61,073 bases of DNA from Candidatus Omnitrophota bacterium (GTDB taxonomy: Bacteria > Omnitrophota > Gorgyraeia > Zapsychrales > Fredricksoniimonadaceae), in contig PEAR01000001.1 of the NCBI GenBank assembly GCA_002753745.1, positions 1 to 61,073 on the forward strand. The letters run 5' to 3'. Under the pieces are notes generated by a model. The model had not been told where the DNA came from and did not search any database. It worked only from the letters and a program-made list of their open reading frames with translations. This document shows positions 37,881-47,241 of the stretch, in pieces. The position numbers were made by a program, and so were the translations under genes. Within the stretch, counting starts at the first letter, position 1, and each line of letters begins with the position of its first letter.

Positions 37881-38438
37881 TTATGGCTTCATCTTGAGCA
37901 AGTTCTTGTTGATGTCAATGGTGGCGCCTGACCGCAGCGACTTGATCCACTCATCCAGCAAACGCGACTCCATCTGCTTTTGCGCCTGCGCCTTGATCTG
38001 CGGATAAACATCCTCATACGACTTGGTGGTTATCCCGGACTTGACCATGTTCTCGTAAAAACGGCGAATTTCCTGCTCGCTTAACGTCAGCCCGCTATCG
38101 ATCTCGCGCAGCTTGCGGCCCACCGCCATCGTCGAGAGCGATTGTTCCCACAGATGCTCGATTGACTTGAGAAATTCCTTGTCCTGGTCGAGCCCTTTCT
38201 TCTGGGCATCCAGCAGGATCAGTTTCTGATTGATCAGCTTCTCGGCGTATTCCGCGCGGGCCTGGTCGATATCCTCCCGGTCGGCATAATCCGACCGATC
38301 AAAACCTTCATTGAATTCCGCCAGGGTAACATTGTACCCGTTAACAGTAAACATCACCAGTCCCGTCGGTTTTGAGCCAGACCCGCAGCCTGCCAGCAGC
38401 GCCGTACACACCAAAACAGCAACATATTTCAGGTTCAT
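37881..38438 (-). CDS. lipoprotein, SurA N-terminal-domain-like chaperone
   Basis: Lipobox LLAGC. Helical SurA_N-like body. Confidence 0.55.
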   Translation of the reverse strand: MNLKYVAVLVCTALLAGCGSGSKPTGLVMFTVNGYNVTLAEFNEGFDRSDYADREDIDQARAEYAEKLINQKLILLDAQKKGLDQDKEFLKSIEHLWEQSLSTMAVGRKLREIDSGLTLSEQEIRRFYENMVKSGITTKSYEDVYPQIKAQAQKQMESRLLDEWIKSLRSGATIDINKNLLKMKP

Positions 38439-38628
38439 AGACCATCCCCTTTATGGTTAACGCCTGTATTCTACTATCAGCCGGGCAAAAAATAATTTAT
38501 TTCTTTCTAAAATAAAAATATTATCGCAGTTACAGCATCTCCCATTGACATCGAAAATCAAAATCAGTATACTATGGCACAATTCGCCGGCCTTTTCAGG
38601 CCGCTCGCTCTTGATCCTTAGATATTTT

Positions 38629-38713
38629 GCGGAAGTGGTGAAATTGGCATACACGTAGGTCTCAGAAGCCTATGGCGCAAGCTGTGAGGGTTCAAGTCCC
38701 TCCTTCCGCACCA
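38629..38713 (+). tRNA. tRNA-Leu (anticodon CAG), CCA encoded
   Basis: Cloverleaf folded by hand. Acceptor GCGGAAG/CUUCCGC, anticodon arm UAGGU-CUCAGAA-GCCUA, long variable arm, T-arm GAGGG-UUCAAGU-CCCUC. Confidence 0.9.
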
Positions 38714-38724
38714 TTTTAATATTG

Positions 38725-38763
38725 CAAAAAAACCTCACTTACCTTAGGCGTGAGGTTTTTTTG
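38725..38763 (+). terminator. rho-independent terminator (bidirectional shape)
   Basis: AAAAAAACCUCAC-loop-GUGAGGUUUUUUU. Confidence 0.8.
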
Positions 38764-39111
38764 CTTTTATGGGAAAAAATGGTGCCCCCGGTGAGGCTCC
38801 GCCGAACCGGGGTTGCATATTCACAAATTAAAATATCCTGACCTAGCCTCTGAAAACAGATCCAGAAGTTTTGATAGACTTTTGGCCAGCAACTTTGCAG
38901 GTCGCCGGATGAATTTAAGGTTTGGAGCCAAAATCTCGACCACACTGAGGTCATAACGACATTTCTCAATTACGGCAAACTACCCTAACACCGTCAAAGC
39001 GAACTCATCAAGAACTGAAGAACAGAAGTCCGTACACCTCAAAGGAAGACCTCAAGGAGCTGATTGCGCTCATTAAAGAAAGGAATGGAATCGCTTGATG
39101 GGATATTGCCC

Positions 39112-40461
39112 TTAAACTTCCCAATGCCCGCCCTTGTCAGGACCAATGCGCCTCAAGAACCCCTTTTCCTGTAATTGCTTCAATTGCTTCTTAACACCGC
39201 TATCGCTCAATCCTGTCGCCTGGGCAATCTCGGCCCTTGTGATAGCTTTGTTCTGCGCTATAATCTCCAAGATCTTCTGGGCAGTTTTCTGGGCACCTTT
39301 CTGGGCACTTTTCTGGGCACCTTTCACCCTACCCTTATCTCCCAACCCTTCCCCCTCTTCCCACTTAGGTCGGTAAAACATCACCACAAAGCCGGTCTTG
39401 AGTTTCCTAAACTCCACCCTGACCCCCGCAGACACGCACTCGTCATGGATGCGCTTGATCCCACTGCCCCAGCGTTCAATATCTTTCGATTTATACATTG
39501 TCTCTGCGACCAGGGGATTCCGAAGAATCGAATGCTCATTGCCACTGAAAAAATCTTCGGGATTTACCCCGTCAGGAAAGAATCCGGGATTATAGATCTC
39601 AACCCGGTCCTTGAATATGGCAACCTCATTACCCTTAGGATTAGCAAAGTCTCGATGGCACAATGAATTTCCAATCGCCTCACGAAGAGCGTCAACAGGA
39701 ATCTCAGGAATCTCTTCCCGCGGGCCGCTCGTGATCACGGCGCGCCACTTCATGTGCTCTTTGACATAGATCTCTGCCTGCTGGCGGAGACTGAACAGAT
39801 TCCCTTTGAACGACTTTATATCCAGGAAGGTCAACTTATCCGTCCCGGCGAAAATGGCCGCCTGGACTTCCATGGAGTTCTCATCGCAAAAAAGAACTTC
39901 CGCCGCCCTGGTCAAGTCGCCCCGATCCAAAAGACCAAGCTTGTTAAGCGTCGTCTTAACGTCAACGAAATCAAAGTCGATGCGCTTGGCCTCCTTTGCC
40001 TTACGCATAAAGCTTTTAACCGCGTCTTCATTGACGTCAGCACGCGTCTTTCTGGAGATCTCACTCTCCCAGTGGAGTTTCTTCTTATTCTGCATCCGCG
40101 TCTCAAGCTCATGCGCGCTCATGGCCTTGTCTGATTCGCCAACGCGGACATACGCCCTGCCATAAGCCAGGTAAGGACCATTGGCCCCCTTAGCCTCGAT
40201 CACGACACAATCTTTCCCGTCGATATTCTTGACCTCAACATTCGGGAAGATCTTGGGCTCAGTGTTGTCCACCACCGCTTGCGTGACATCCCTGAGCGTC
40301 GTTGAGCCAATGGTCAACCCCAGGACCTTACCGCTATCATCAATGCCGAAATATACCTCGCCCCGTCCGTGCTTATTGAGCATCGCCACGATCGAAACGA
40401 CTCCGGCTTTCAGCTCAGCGGTGGACTTCTTAAATTCAACTGTTTCTGTTTCTTTTAACAT
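39112..40461 (-). CDS. AlbA_2 (Schlafen-like) DNA-binding + ATPase-like + C-terminal wHTH protein
   Basis: ETVEFKKS...HGRGEVYFGIDDSGKVLGL (AlbA_2), NSLCHRDF region, C-terminal HTH (ITRAEIAQATGLSDSGVKKQLKQLQEKGFL). Confidence 0.75.
   Translation of the reverse strand: MLKETETVEFKKSTAELKAGVVSIVAMLNKHGRGEVYFGIDDSGKVLGLTIGSTTLRDVTQAVVDNTEPKIFPNVEVKNIDGKDCVVIEAKGANGPYLAYGRAYVRVGESDKAMSAHELETRMQNKKKLHWESEISRKTRADVNEDAVKSFMRKAKEAKRIDFDFVDVKTTLNKLGLLDRGDLTRAAEVLFCDENSMEVQAAIFAGTDKLTFLDIKSFKGNLFSLRQQAEIYVKEHMKWRAVITSGPREEIPEIPVDALREAIGNSLCHRDFANPKGNEVAIFKDRVEIYNPGFFPDGVNPEDFFSGNEHSILRNPLVAETMYKSKDIERWGSGIKRIHDECVSAGVRVEFRKLKTGFVVMFYRPKWEEGEGLGDKGRVKGAQKSAQKGAQKTAQKILEIIAQNKAITRAEIAQATGLSDSGVKKQLKQLQEKGFLRRIGPDKGGHWEV
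39275..39322. repeat. 4 x 12 nt in-frame tandem repeat (TTCTGGGCANNT)
   Basis: Encodes the GAQKSAQKGAQKTAQK linker in the AlbA_2 protein. Confidence 0.9.
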
Positions 40462-40580
40462 CCTCTCCAAGCCCCCTTCAAAACATCTTGCTTCATGTGC
40501 GGGCAATTATAATTGAAAAGCCTTCGCCCGGCTATAAATACTTGGCCAAGCGAAGACCGCAAAACCCCTGATTATCAAGT

Positions 40581-43500
40581 TTAGCGAACAGCAACCATCT
40601 TTGGCGCCTCCTCACTCAGCCCCAGGAACATTGGCACAGTCGTTGTCATCGGCCGAATGTCGATGATGACCGGCGTGAGGCCGGAAGCGTTCTGCAGTTG
40701 TTCAATCATGGTAGGATCAATCTTAAACTCAACGCCTTGCCCCTCGTTTTGGACCTCAAGGCCAATTTTTTTGCGGGTGAGATCAATACCACCGGTATCC
40801 CCTCCAGGTGACTGCCTATTTAATTTGCTGGCCTCTCTTTCTCTGAATTTCTCACTTGCTGCATTAACAAGAATACGATTCGACTCCATAATATCTTCTC
40901 CAAAGATCTTCGCATAGGCCCGCCCAAGTGGAGCGCCCGGATCTCCCGAACTGTTAAACAAACAGTACCTCGCCGCTTCGTTAAACTCTTCGAGTGTCAT
41001 AGGACGAAAAAAATAACCCTCATCGAATACAGCGGCAAAAAGAGGATTTTCGCCATCTGAGATTATCCTGTATTTGTTTCCATCGCGTACATACTCTATG
41101 ACATACTTTGTTCTTTGAGGGATCCCAGACTCACCTGTTATCTTCACCTGTGGCAAAGAATCTTTCTCCTTTGGTCCATTGGACAAATGAACAACAGGAA
41201 CCCCCAACTTGTTTGCCGCTCTCAATATCGGTTCAACAAGCCCTCTAGAAGCCACAGGCCTGCCTTTAGGGGAAACCTTTAAGAAAACTCCTGCGATGCC
41301 GAGCTTCTTTCCGGGATCGTCTGGATGCTGACCAGCTATTTCTAACTCGTTATACTGCCCCGGTCGCGTCAACGCTAATAAGCGCTCTGGGGTCATAAGG
41401 TTGCGATTCTTTAACTGCTTCCTGACCCAAGCTTTCCCTTTCCAAATAGGTGCTCCTACATCTTGAGGACTTGTCGCAAAAATATTTTCAGAAGGAACAC
41501 TAAGAATAAATCCGACTTCCCCCCATGTTTCAGTATTCGTAAAACTGATATACGATGCGGATATTCTCGAATACTCACTTATCCTTTCCGGCTCATACAA
41601 AAGATTTATATTTCGGCTCGGGTCGATTTCTTCACCTGCTTGGATAGCGGCTCGGATCACATCCCCACGGGTCTCACTATGGTAAAACTCATCCTGAATA
41701 CCATGCACAATATATGTCCATGACGCTTCTGTGTGCAATCTTGGATCAGTGACAGCCACGTCCCATTCGGTCGTTGCCCCGGTTCCTTGGCGGCGCCAGT
41801 CCTCCAATCCTAATATAGAAGCAGTCGGCGCGCCAGAAGAGCTCAATGTGTTTTGATTATCGGCATCTCCACTCTCGACAGGATCTTCCTTAATTCCCGG
41901 AACGCGATGTTTTTCCAAGAACGAACGAATGATATGCCCCGGAATGACTGCCTGACGAAGGTCAACCGATAATCCCTGATGCCGTTCTAATGATCCCTGC
42001 AACATGGCGTAAAACGCACCGTTCTGCTCATCTAGGACAGGCCCGCCGGACCATCCATTAGTCACATCAAAGTTGATATGCTCTCCAAAAGCCCCTAAAG
42101 ACGTTTCGGCGATTACTGGGTTGCCATGGGTGTTATATCCGTAAATTTTAAGTCCTACTCTTCTGTCCAAAGTTACTGGCACAGTTGTAAAGACAGCTTT
42201 CTGAAATGATTGGTCGCTGGTCTTTGACAGCTTTACTAGCGCAATATCATTTTCAGGATCTGCGGCAACATAATGCCCCTCTTCTAATAGCCAAGCACCT
42301 GACCTCGGCGAGGGACCAATACGAATTTTGTCCTTGAACTTAAATCTTCTTAGAATATCGGAGGCTCTGCCATTCCGTCCCTTTCTATCTGGACGAAGCA
42401 CATGATAATTTGTCAGCAAATAGTAATTCGCCTCATCTTCACCAACAATGAACGCCGTGCCCCTCGATTCGCCATCCTTTTGATTTACTCTAATCGAAAA
42501 AATGCTTACTTTTTCATCAGATTGGGGTAGCATGCCCGCATCGCCTGTCATCGACGCATCAAGTTTTGTATGAACCACCAAGGCATGTTCAGAAATGCCT
42601 TTTGGCAATTGAGCAGGATCGTTGGTCATTTGAGCCGCGTCACGGATCTTATCGAACCCGAACCCTCCAGAGAAATATTTGCGAGTGACGATCTCTTCCG
42701 TTGCCGGATCGTAATCCTCATTAATGTAATTGTACGCGCCTTTCTTGAACGCCTCCACATACTGCGCCCAGATCTTTTCTTTTTCCGCCTTATCCTCAAT
42801 GTCCACGCCACCCGTCTTCTTCTGGTCAACGTAAGCTTTGCCGAATATGCTCTCCTTGACCTTGTCCTTGTACCAGACCGCCAAGATGAGCGAGTGATAA
42901 ACCTGCCTGAGCTGGGCAAAGTTCTTACCTTCGTTGACTTCCTTCTCAAGAACGGGGATGACGACTTCCCGGACGATAGCAGAGCCAAGTTTGTTTGATC
43001 CCTCCGGCTGCGCTGCGCCGCTTTTCTCAAGCGCCAAATAATCCTGTTCAAGCATCACCTTGAGCTTGCTTTCAACAACGTACGCCGAGTCCCTAGTTTC
43101 ATAAACAACGGCCTTCTCTGGCACGATCCAAACCTTGTTAAATGTGTCGACTGGGACATCAGCCGAACCGTACCGCTTTTGAGCCTCGGCGTACACCTTA
43201 GCCCAAAACGCCTTGCCTACCTCGCCTTCAGGATAGATCACGGACGCGGTGATCTGCTTGAGCAAATAATCCTGCGCCAGAAGATCACGCCCCATTTCCG
43301 TCACGCCAAAAGCATCAGGGACAATACGATCTTTCTCATAAGGAGACAAGTTGACCCACAGATCCTTCTCAGGAACGGTGATAGAGGCCAGAAAATACTT
43401 AATCAGGCGAGTGGACTCAATCTTTAATTGTTCCACCGAATCGCTAGAGTTACCTTTGTCGAGAATGAAATCCAACCGAAAAGGATTATCCGAATAAACC

Positions 43501-43682
43501 TTAACACCATCAAGCATCGGCGGGGTAAAGGATTCACTTAAAGACGCCATCACCCCAGGTGCAGGCATTAAAACGACGTTCTGGGCATACGATATCTCCA
43601 CGGATCCCGCAGCAAAGATCATTGCCAGAAATCCAGAAACAAACTTTTTCCAGTAGATACCCCTTAAAAGTGATATTGTCAT
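40581..43682 (-). CDS. 1033 aa signal-peptide protein: shared N-module + trypsin-like serine protease + unknown region + shared GGIDL C-module
   Basis: Signal peptide ends SYAQ. The N- and C-modules align with the 1744 aa and 1415 aa proteins. Confidence 0.9.
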   Translation of the reverse strand: MTISLLRGIYWKKFVSGFLAMIFAAGSVEISYAQNVVLMPAPGVMASLSESFTPPMLDGVKVYSDNPFRLDFILDKGNSSDSVEQLKIESTRLIKYFLASITVPEKDLWVNLSPYEKDRIVPDAFGVTEMGRDLLAQDYLLKQITASVIYPEGEVGKAFWAKVYAEAQKRYGSADVPVDTFNKVWIVPEKAVVYETRDSAYVVESKLKVMLEQDYLALEKSGAAQPEGSNKLGSAIVREVVIPVLEKEVNEGKNFAQLRQVYHSLILAVWYKDKVKESIFGKAYVDQKKTGGVDIEDKAEKEKIWAQYVEAFKKGAYNYINEDYDPATEEIVTRKYFSGGFGFDKIRDAAQMTNDPAQLPKGISEHALVVHTKLDASMTGDAGMLPQSDEKVSIFSIRVNQKDGESRGTAFIVGEDEANYYLLTNYHVLRPDRKGRNGRASDILRRFKFKDKIRIGPSPRSGAWLLEEGHYVAADPENDIALVKLSKTSDQSFQKAVFTTVPVTLDRRVGLKIYGYNTHGNPVIAETSLGAFGEHINFDVTNGWSGGPVLDEQNGAFYAMLQGSLERHQGLSVDLRQAVIPGHIIRSFLEKHRVPGIKEDPVESGDADNQNTLSSSGAPTASILGLEDWRRQGTGATTEWDVAVTDPRLHTEASWTYIVHGIQDEFYHSETRGDVIRAAIQAGEEIDPSRNINLLYEPERISEYSRISASYISFTNTETWGEVGFILSVPSENIFATSPQDVGAPIWKGKAWVRKQLKNRNLMTPERLLALTRPGQYNELEIAGQHPDDPGKKLGIAGVFLKVSPKGRPVASRGLVEPILRAANKLGVPVVHLSNGPKEKDSLPQVKITGESGIPQRTKYVIEYVRDGNKYRIISDGENPLFAAVFDEGYFFRPMTLEEFNEAARYCLFNSSGDPGAPLGRAYAKIFGEDIMESNRILVNAASEKFREREASKLNRQSPGGDTGGIDLTRKKIGLEVQNEGQGVEFKIDPTMIEQLQNASGLTPVIIDIRPMTTTVPMFLGLSEEAPKMVAVR
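40584..40796 (-). other. shared C-module
   Basis: TGGIDLTRKKIGLEVQNEGQGVEFKIDPTMIEQLQNASGLTPVIIDIRPMT. Confidence 0.8.
41913..42500 (-). other. S1/trypsin-like serine protease domain (aa ~395-590)
   Basis: Candidate catalytic triad: TNYHVL (His427), ENDIALVKL (Asp479), GWSGGPV (Ser545). Confidence 0.75.
42663..43580 (-). other. shared N-module (aa 35-340)
   Basis: ESTRLIKYFLASITVPEKDLWVNLSPYEKDRIVPDAFG.TEMGRDLLAQDYLLKQITAS...RKYFSGG. Confidence 0.85.
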
Positions 43683-43850
43683 TCCACTGCTATCCCTTTA
43701 GGCACACTAGTCTCTTAGATATATTCTAAATATAAAATATTATTTCTAATAATGCGAATTTATTTGGGGATAGCCGCTCTGAAATCGATCAGCAGAACGC
43801 CTTCCGCCGAACATATCCAACGCCCCAATACATATGTCCGGCCGGGCTGC

Positions 43851-43892
43851 AAAATAAAAAAGCCTTTATCCAATCCGGATAAAGGCTTTTTG
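43851..43892 (-). terminator. rho-independent terminator after the response-regulator operon
   Basis: AAAGCCUUUAUCCGGAUUGGAUAAAGGCUUU followed by UUUAUUUU. Confidence 0.8.
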
Positions 43893-43918
43893 CTTCTCAG
43901 ATAAAAAAGAGCCCTGCA

Positions 43919-44698
43919 TTACTTGATCCCGAATTCCTCCACCTGCTCCAAAAACGTCGCTGAATCAAATCGGCCGATATATTTATTGGCGCCAGCCTGT
44001 AAGCAATCCTTGATCACCTGCTGGAAACTATGCATCAACGGCGCGCTCATCATCTCCTCAGGCGGATTGCTGGAATAAACAAGAATATTCGCATGTTTGA
44101 AAAATTCATAAACCCGCAATGACCGGACGATCTCTTTTGTTGACGCATAATCCTGGGTGTGGATATCCATAATGATCACCTGCGGATTGGTCAAGAAACA
44201 CCGCATGCCGATCTCTATGACCTTGCTAACAGGAACCACGATACAATTAACCTGCTCCAGCTGTTTTCTCATCTTGTCGAGCACATCTTCATTAGGGCCA
44301 ATCACGACCACTTTATGAAAAACGCGCTTGGCAAGGACATACGATTCAATCTTGCGAATCTTGTCCTTCAGATCTTCCATGTTAAACGGTTTGGGCGAAT
44401 ACAACTCCACGCCAAGTGACGAGAAAGATTCCTTAAAAACTTCTTTATCCGTCACAATAATGACCGGCAAGTTGGACGTTGACGGACGATTCTTAAGCTC
44501 CATATAAAGGTCAACGCCGTCCATTTCCGGCATCACCACATCGGTGATCAACAGGTCGATCCTCTCCGACAGGATAATCTTCAACGCCTCAACCCCGTTG
44601 CCGGCCGTCCAGACTTTATAACCGTCCTTCTCCAGGGAGCGCACCAACAGTAAGGCGCTACTGCGTTCGTCGTCAGCCACCACAATATTTTTGATCAT
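43919..44698 (-). CDS. response regulator with a receiver domain plus a second receiver-like domain, no output domain
   Basis: VVADDE, LLITDVVMPEMDG, PVIIVTDK. A second half carries IIMDIH. Start set at ATG 44698 (SD GGGGA). Confidence 0.8.
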   Translation of the reverse strand: MIKNIVVADDERSSALLLVRSLEKDGYKVWTAGNGVEALKIILSERIDLLITDVVMPEMDGVDLYMELKNRPSTSNLPVIIVTDKEVFKESFSSLGVELYSPKPFNMEDLKDKIRKIESYVLAKRVFHKVVVIGPNEDVLDKMRKQLEQVNCIVVPVSKVIEIGMRCFLTNPQVIIMDIHTQDYASTKEIVRSLRVYEFFKHANILVYSSNPPEEMMSAPLMHSFQQVIKDCLQAGANKYIGRFDSATFLEQVEEFGIK

Positions 44699-44706
44699 AT
44701 CATCCC

Positions 44707-45879
44707 CTATGTAGACGCCATTTGCGCGTTGAGTAAACACCCTCGGGAAACACTTAAGAAAGGATCCGTCGCCATTCTGGCATCATTGATCTGAACACCC
44801 AGATCGACCGATCTCATTTCTTTGCGGACAACATCAATAAAACCGCCCACCATCGATGACCCGCCGGCAAAAACGATATCCACCGGCTTGTCATACCGCG
44901 CTGCTGTATCCGGTGTATGCAGAACTTTTGCGATCTGCTCCAGGAAATAGCGAATATACTGCCGGTAATAGATCGCAATAGATTCTTCCTCCCGATTCTC
45001 GGGCCGCAGAATGCTCATGCCGCGCTCCTTGGCGATCAGGATCTTGTTAACTGAGATATCAACCGCGCTGGCCGCATGCTGGTCGATCCAGTCCCCGCCG
45101 CGGGCAATCGAGAATTCAGCGATCACGATCGATGAATACGTAATACATACATTTACCATCCCGCCGCCGCAGGAAACCCCGATACCTGTAAATTTCTGCT
45201 CTTTCAATTCCGCCAATACTACCGCAAACGCCTCATTAATAGGCATGGGCTCATAACCAAAGCAGCTTAACATCGTTTCAATAACATTTTTGTGATAAGT
45301 AATATCGATCAGACTGTCGACCGGCTGGCCGGGCAGGGAAAAACTGCAGATCTCGTTGGGAACCCGGGGTTCCCACAGCATTTTCTTGACAATCAAATTG
45401 ATCACATGGATCGCTTCCCTTTCCAGGGGATTGATCACGCCAATATTCATCGACCGCTGAGTACGACGGTCAAAATAATTCGAGAAATCGAATGCATTCT
45501 TGCCGACCACACAAAGCTTGCCGTTAATCACCTGCTGAGGAATGTTCATCCGGGTTAAAAGCTCTTTGGTCGTATCATCATCACGGACGTACAAAAAAGC
45601 ATTCTTGCTGACCACCGAGTTCTCGCCCTTTTCCGTCATACGAGCGGCCACCAGATTCGAAGTGCCCACATCAAGCCCAACGCCGATGCATTTACTGGTA
45701 ATGCCCAGGCCAACAACCTTGTCAGAAGATGACGCCACAACCGTCACCGCGGATTTTGCAAACTTCCTGGCAGATCGAAGAGCCTGCGGCTTTTTTACGA
45801 GCGCTTTATTCTTCTTGGCCGCGCTTTTGGTCTTGACCGGGGCTTTTTTACGGCCGGGCTTGGCTTTTTTGGTCGGCAT
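44707..45879 (-). CDS. actin-like ATPase (MreB/ParM/MamK superfamily) with Lys/Ala/Pro-rich basic N-terminal tail
   Basis: GLDVGTSN (phosphate 1), GVSCGGGMVNV (phosphate 2), GGDWID, FAGGSS (adenosine). ATG 45879 has SD AGGAG at 6 nt. The tail reads PTKKAKPGRKKAPVKTKSAAKKNKALVKKP. Confidence 0.75.
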   Translation of the reverse strand: MPTKKAKPGRKKAPVKTKSAAKKNKALVKKPQALRSARKFAKSAVTVVASSSDKVVGLGITSKCIGVGLDVGTSNLVAARMTEKGENSVVSKNAFLYVRDDDTTKELLTRMNIPQQVINGKLCVVGKNAFDFSNYFDRRTQRSMNIGVINPLEREAIHVINLIVKKMLWEPRVPNEICSFSLPGQPVDSLIDITYHKNVIETMLSCFGYEPMPINEAFAVVLAELKEQKFTGIGVSCGGGMVNVCITYSSIVIAEFSIARGGDWIDQHAASAVDISVNKILIAKERGMSILRPENREEESIAIYYRQYIRYFLEQIAKVLHTPDTAARYDKPVDIVFAGGSSMVGGFIDVVRKEMRSVDLGVQINDARMATDPFLSVSRGCLLNAQMAST

Positions 45880-46910
45880 GCTGTTCTCCTGTGCGCTGCA
45901 CATTGACGAATAAAATGACTGCTCCCGTCGTTAACGGCCCCGATCAGGCATCCGCGGGCGATCGCGTATAAAGGATCTTTCGCCAGTGAAACCTGGTCGA
46001 CCCTTAACGGGAATCTTGCTTTCTTGAGTTCACTTCTTAAAATGGCAATAAAGCCGGCCGGCAATGCGGTCCCGCCCGCACAAACAATATTAACCGGGCC
46101 ATCAAAATGTGAAACCCTGCCGCTATCGTGCCACCGGTCCTTGATGCATTCAACCACATACTGAATAAGATCTTTATAATAAATCGCGAGCGCATTCTCG
46201 GTACGATCCTGAGGAGACAATAAATTCAAGCCGCCCTCTTTAACAAGCATGACCTTATGTGCCGGCTCCCCGATCGCTTTGGAGGCATTATCATCGATCC
46301 AGTCCCCGGCACGGTCGATCGCAAAAGCATCCAGGACCTGTGCCTTACGGCTTAAACAGACATTGATCAACCCGCATCCGCAGGATATCCCGATCCCGGT
46401 AAAATGTCGGTCGGCCAGGCCGCTGTAAATAACGGCCAGGCCTTCGTTGACCGCAACCGCTTTATAACCAAGATCCTCGAGGATCGTATGGATGATCCCG
46501 GAATGATATATCACGCGTTTTTCACGCTGGAATGGTTCGGCAGGAATGGAATAATAACAGATCGCGCCTTCACCCTGGGCCTTACCCACCAGAGCCTCGA
46601 TCAAGAGTTTTAAAATGATCTCAGCTCTTGGCTCTTTGGGATTAAGCACACCGTCCTGCATCGGACGGCTGACATCCTTGCCCGTGATCCCGGCCATTTT
46701 AAACGCCGAATCCCCAAGGGCGTATAGATCCTCCCCGATCTCAGCATATTGCAATTCTTCCTGCTTAAGAAATTGGGACATCGACTGTTCGACGTGAATC
46801 TTTAAAAAAGCATTTCGTATTTTCTTAAAACGGATCCGGCAATCAGCAGACACCGAGGCACTGATTACATGCATGGTACCGATATCCAGGCTCTTTATTT
46901 CATGATCCAT
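45795..46910 (-). CDS. actin-like ATPase paralog
   Basis: LDIGTMH, GISCGCGLINV, AGDWID, CAGGTA. About 45 aa of the C-terminal tail is read in an alternative frame across the start of the next gene. Confidence 0.75.
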   Translation of the reverse strand: MDHEIKSLDIGTMHVISASVSADCRIRFKKIRNAFLKIHVEQSMSQFLKQEELQYAEIGEDLYALGDSAFKMAGITGKDVSRPMQDGVLNPKEPRAEIILKLLIEALVGKAQGEGAICYYSIPAEPFQREKRVIYHSGIIHTILEDLGYKAVAVNEGLAVIYSGLADRHFTGIGISCGCGLINVCLSRKAQVLDAFAIDRAGDWIDDNASKAIGEPAHKVMLVKEGGLNLLSPQDRTENALAIYYKDLIQYVVECIKDRWHDSGRVSHFDGPVNIVCAGGTALPAGFIAILRSELKKARFPLRVDQVSLAKDPLYAIARGCLIGAVNDGSSHFIRQCAAHRRTACRPKKPSPAVKKPRSRPKARPRRIKRS

Positions 46911-46929
46911 CAACAGAACCCTTTTTGTT

Positions 46930-47241
46930 TTACTTGATCACATTGGAAATGGCGCTGATAAACCTGCCAACCGCATAAAAGGCGATCCCCAGAATTCCTC
47001 TGGAGGCTTCGGGCACAGCCGGACGCTTTATGCTGGTATGGCGCTTGAGCTTGTCGGTCTTAACATGCAGCTTTATTTCAGGTTTAGGCTGATGCTGTTG
47101 ACGTTTAGGCTTTTGGTGCAGCCGGCCCAGCGCTTTGGCATCGCTCTCGATTATGTCAACACCCGTGACCTTCGTCGGAATATTCACCAGGTGCACACTT
47201 TTGACTTTATCTGAAGCGGCCTCAGGCAAATGTTCAGACAT
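46930..47241 (-). CDS. hypothetical protein with basic middle and hydrophobic C-terminal helix
   Basis: Its start overlaps the cheY-like stop (ATGTCTGA), indicating translational coupling. Confidence 0.45.
   Translation of the reverse strand: MSEHLPEAASDKVKSVHLVNIPTKVTGVDIIESDAKALGRLHQKPKRQQHQPKPEIKLHVKTDKLKRHTSIKRPAVPEASRGILGIAFYAVGRFISAISNVIK

Noticed and set aside
38779-38815. TGGTGCCCCCGGTGAGGCTCCGCCGAACCGGGG looks like the reverse complement of a tRNA 3' end (..GGGGGCACCA).
   Set aside because: No T-arm or cloverleaf can be drawn; it is just a CCCCGG/CCGGGG hairpin. It could be a decayed att or tRNA fragment, but that cannot be supported.
38457-38969. ORFs 38457-38654 and 38739-38969 on the minus strand.
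   Set aside because: The first overlaps tRNA-Leu and its upstream region. The second spans the terminator hairpin. Neither has an SD or a recognisable motif.
39275-39322. Short tandem repeats as a possible CRISPR array.
   Set aside because: The 12 nt units are contiguous with no spacers and lie in frame inside a CDS. No cas genes are present, and no CRISPR-like array occurs anywhere in the window.
45661-45760. Internal GTG codons (Val53, Val56) as alternative starts of actin-like B that would remove the overlap with actin-like A.
   Set aside because: No SD lies at a suitable distance, whereas the ATG at 45879 has AGGAG at 6 nt. The overlap is therefore kept and reported as a finding.
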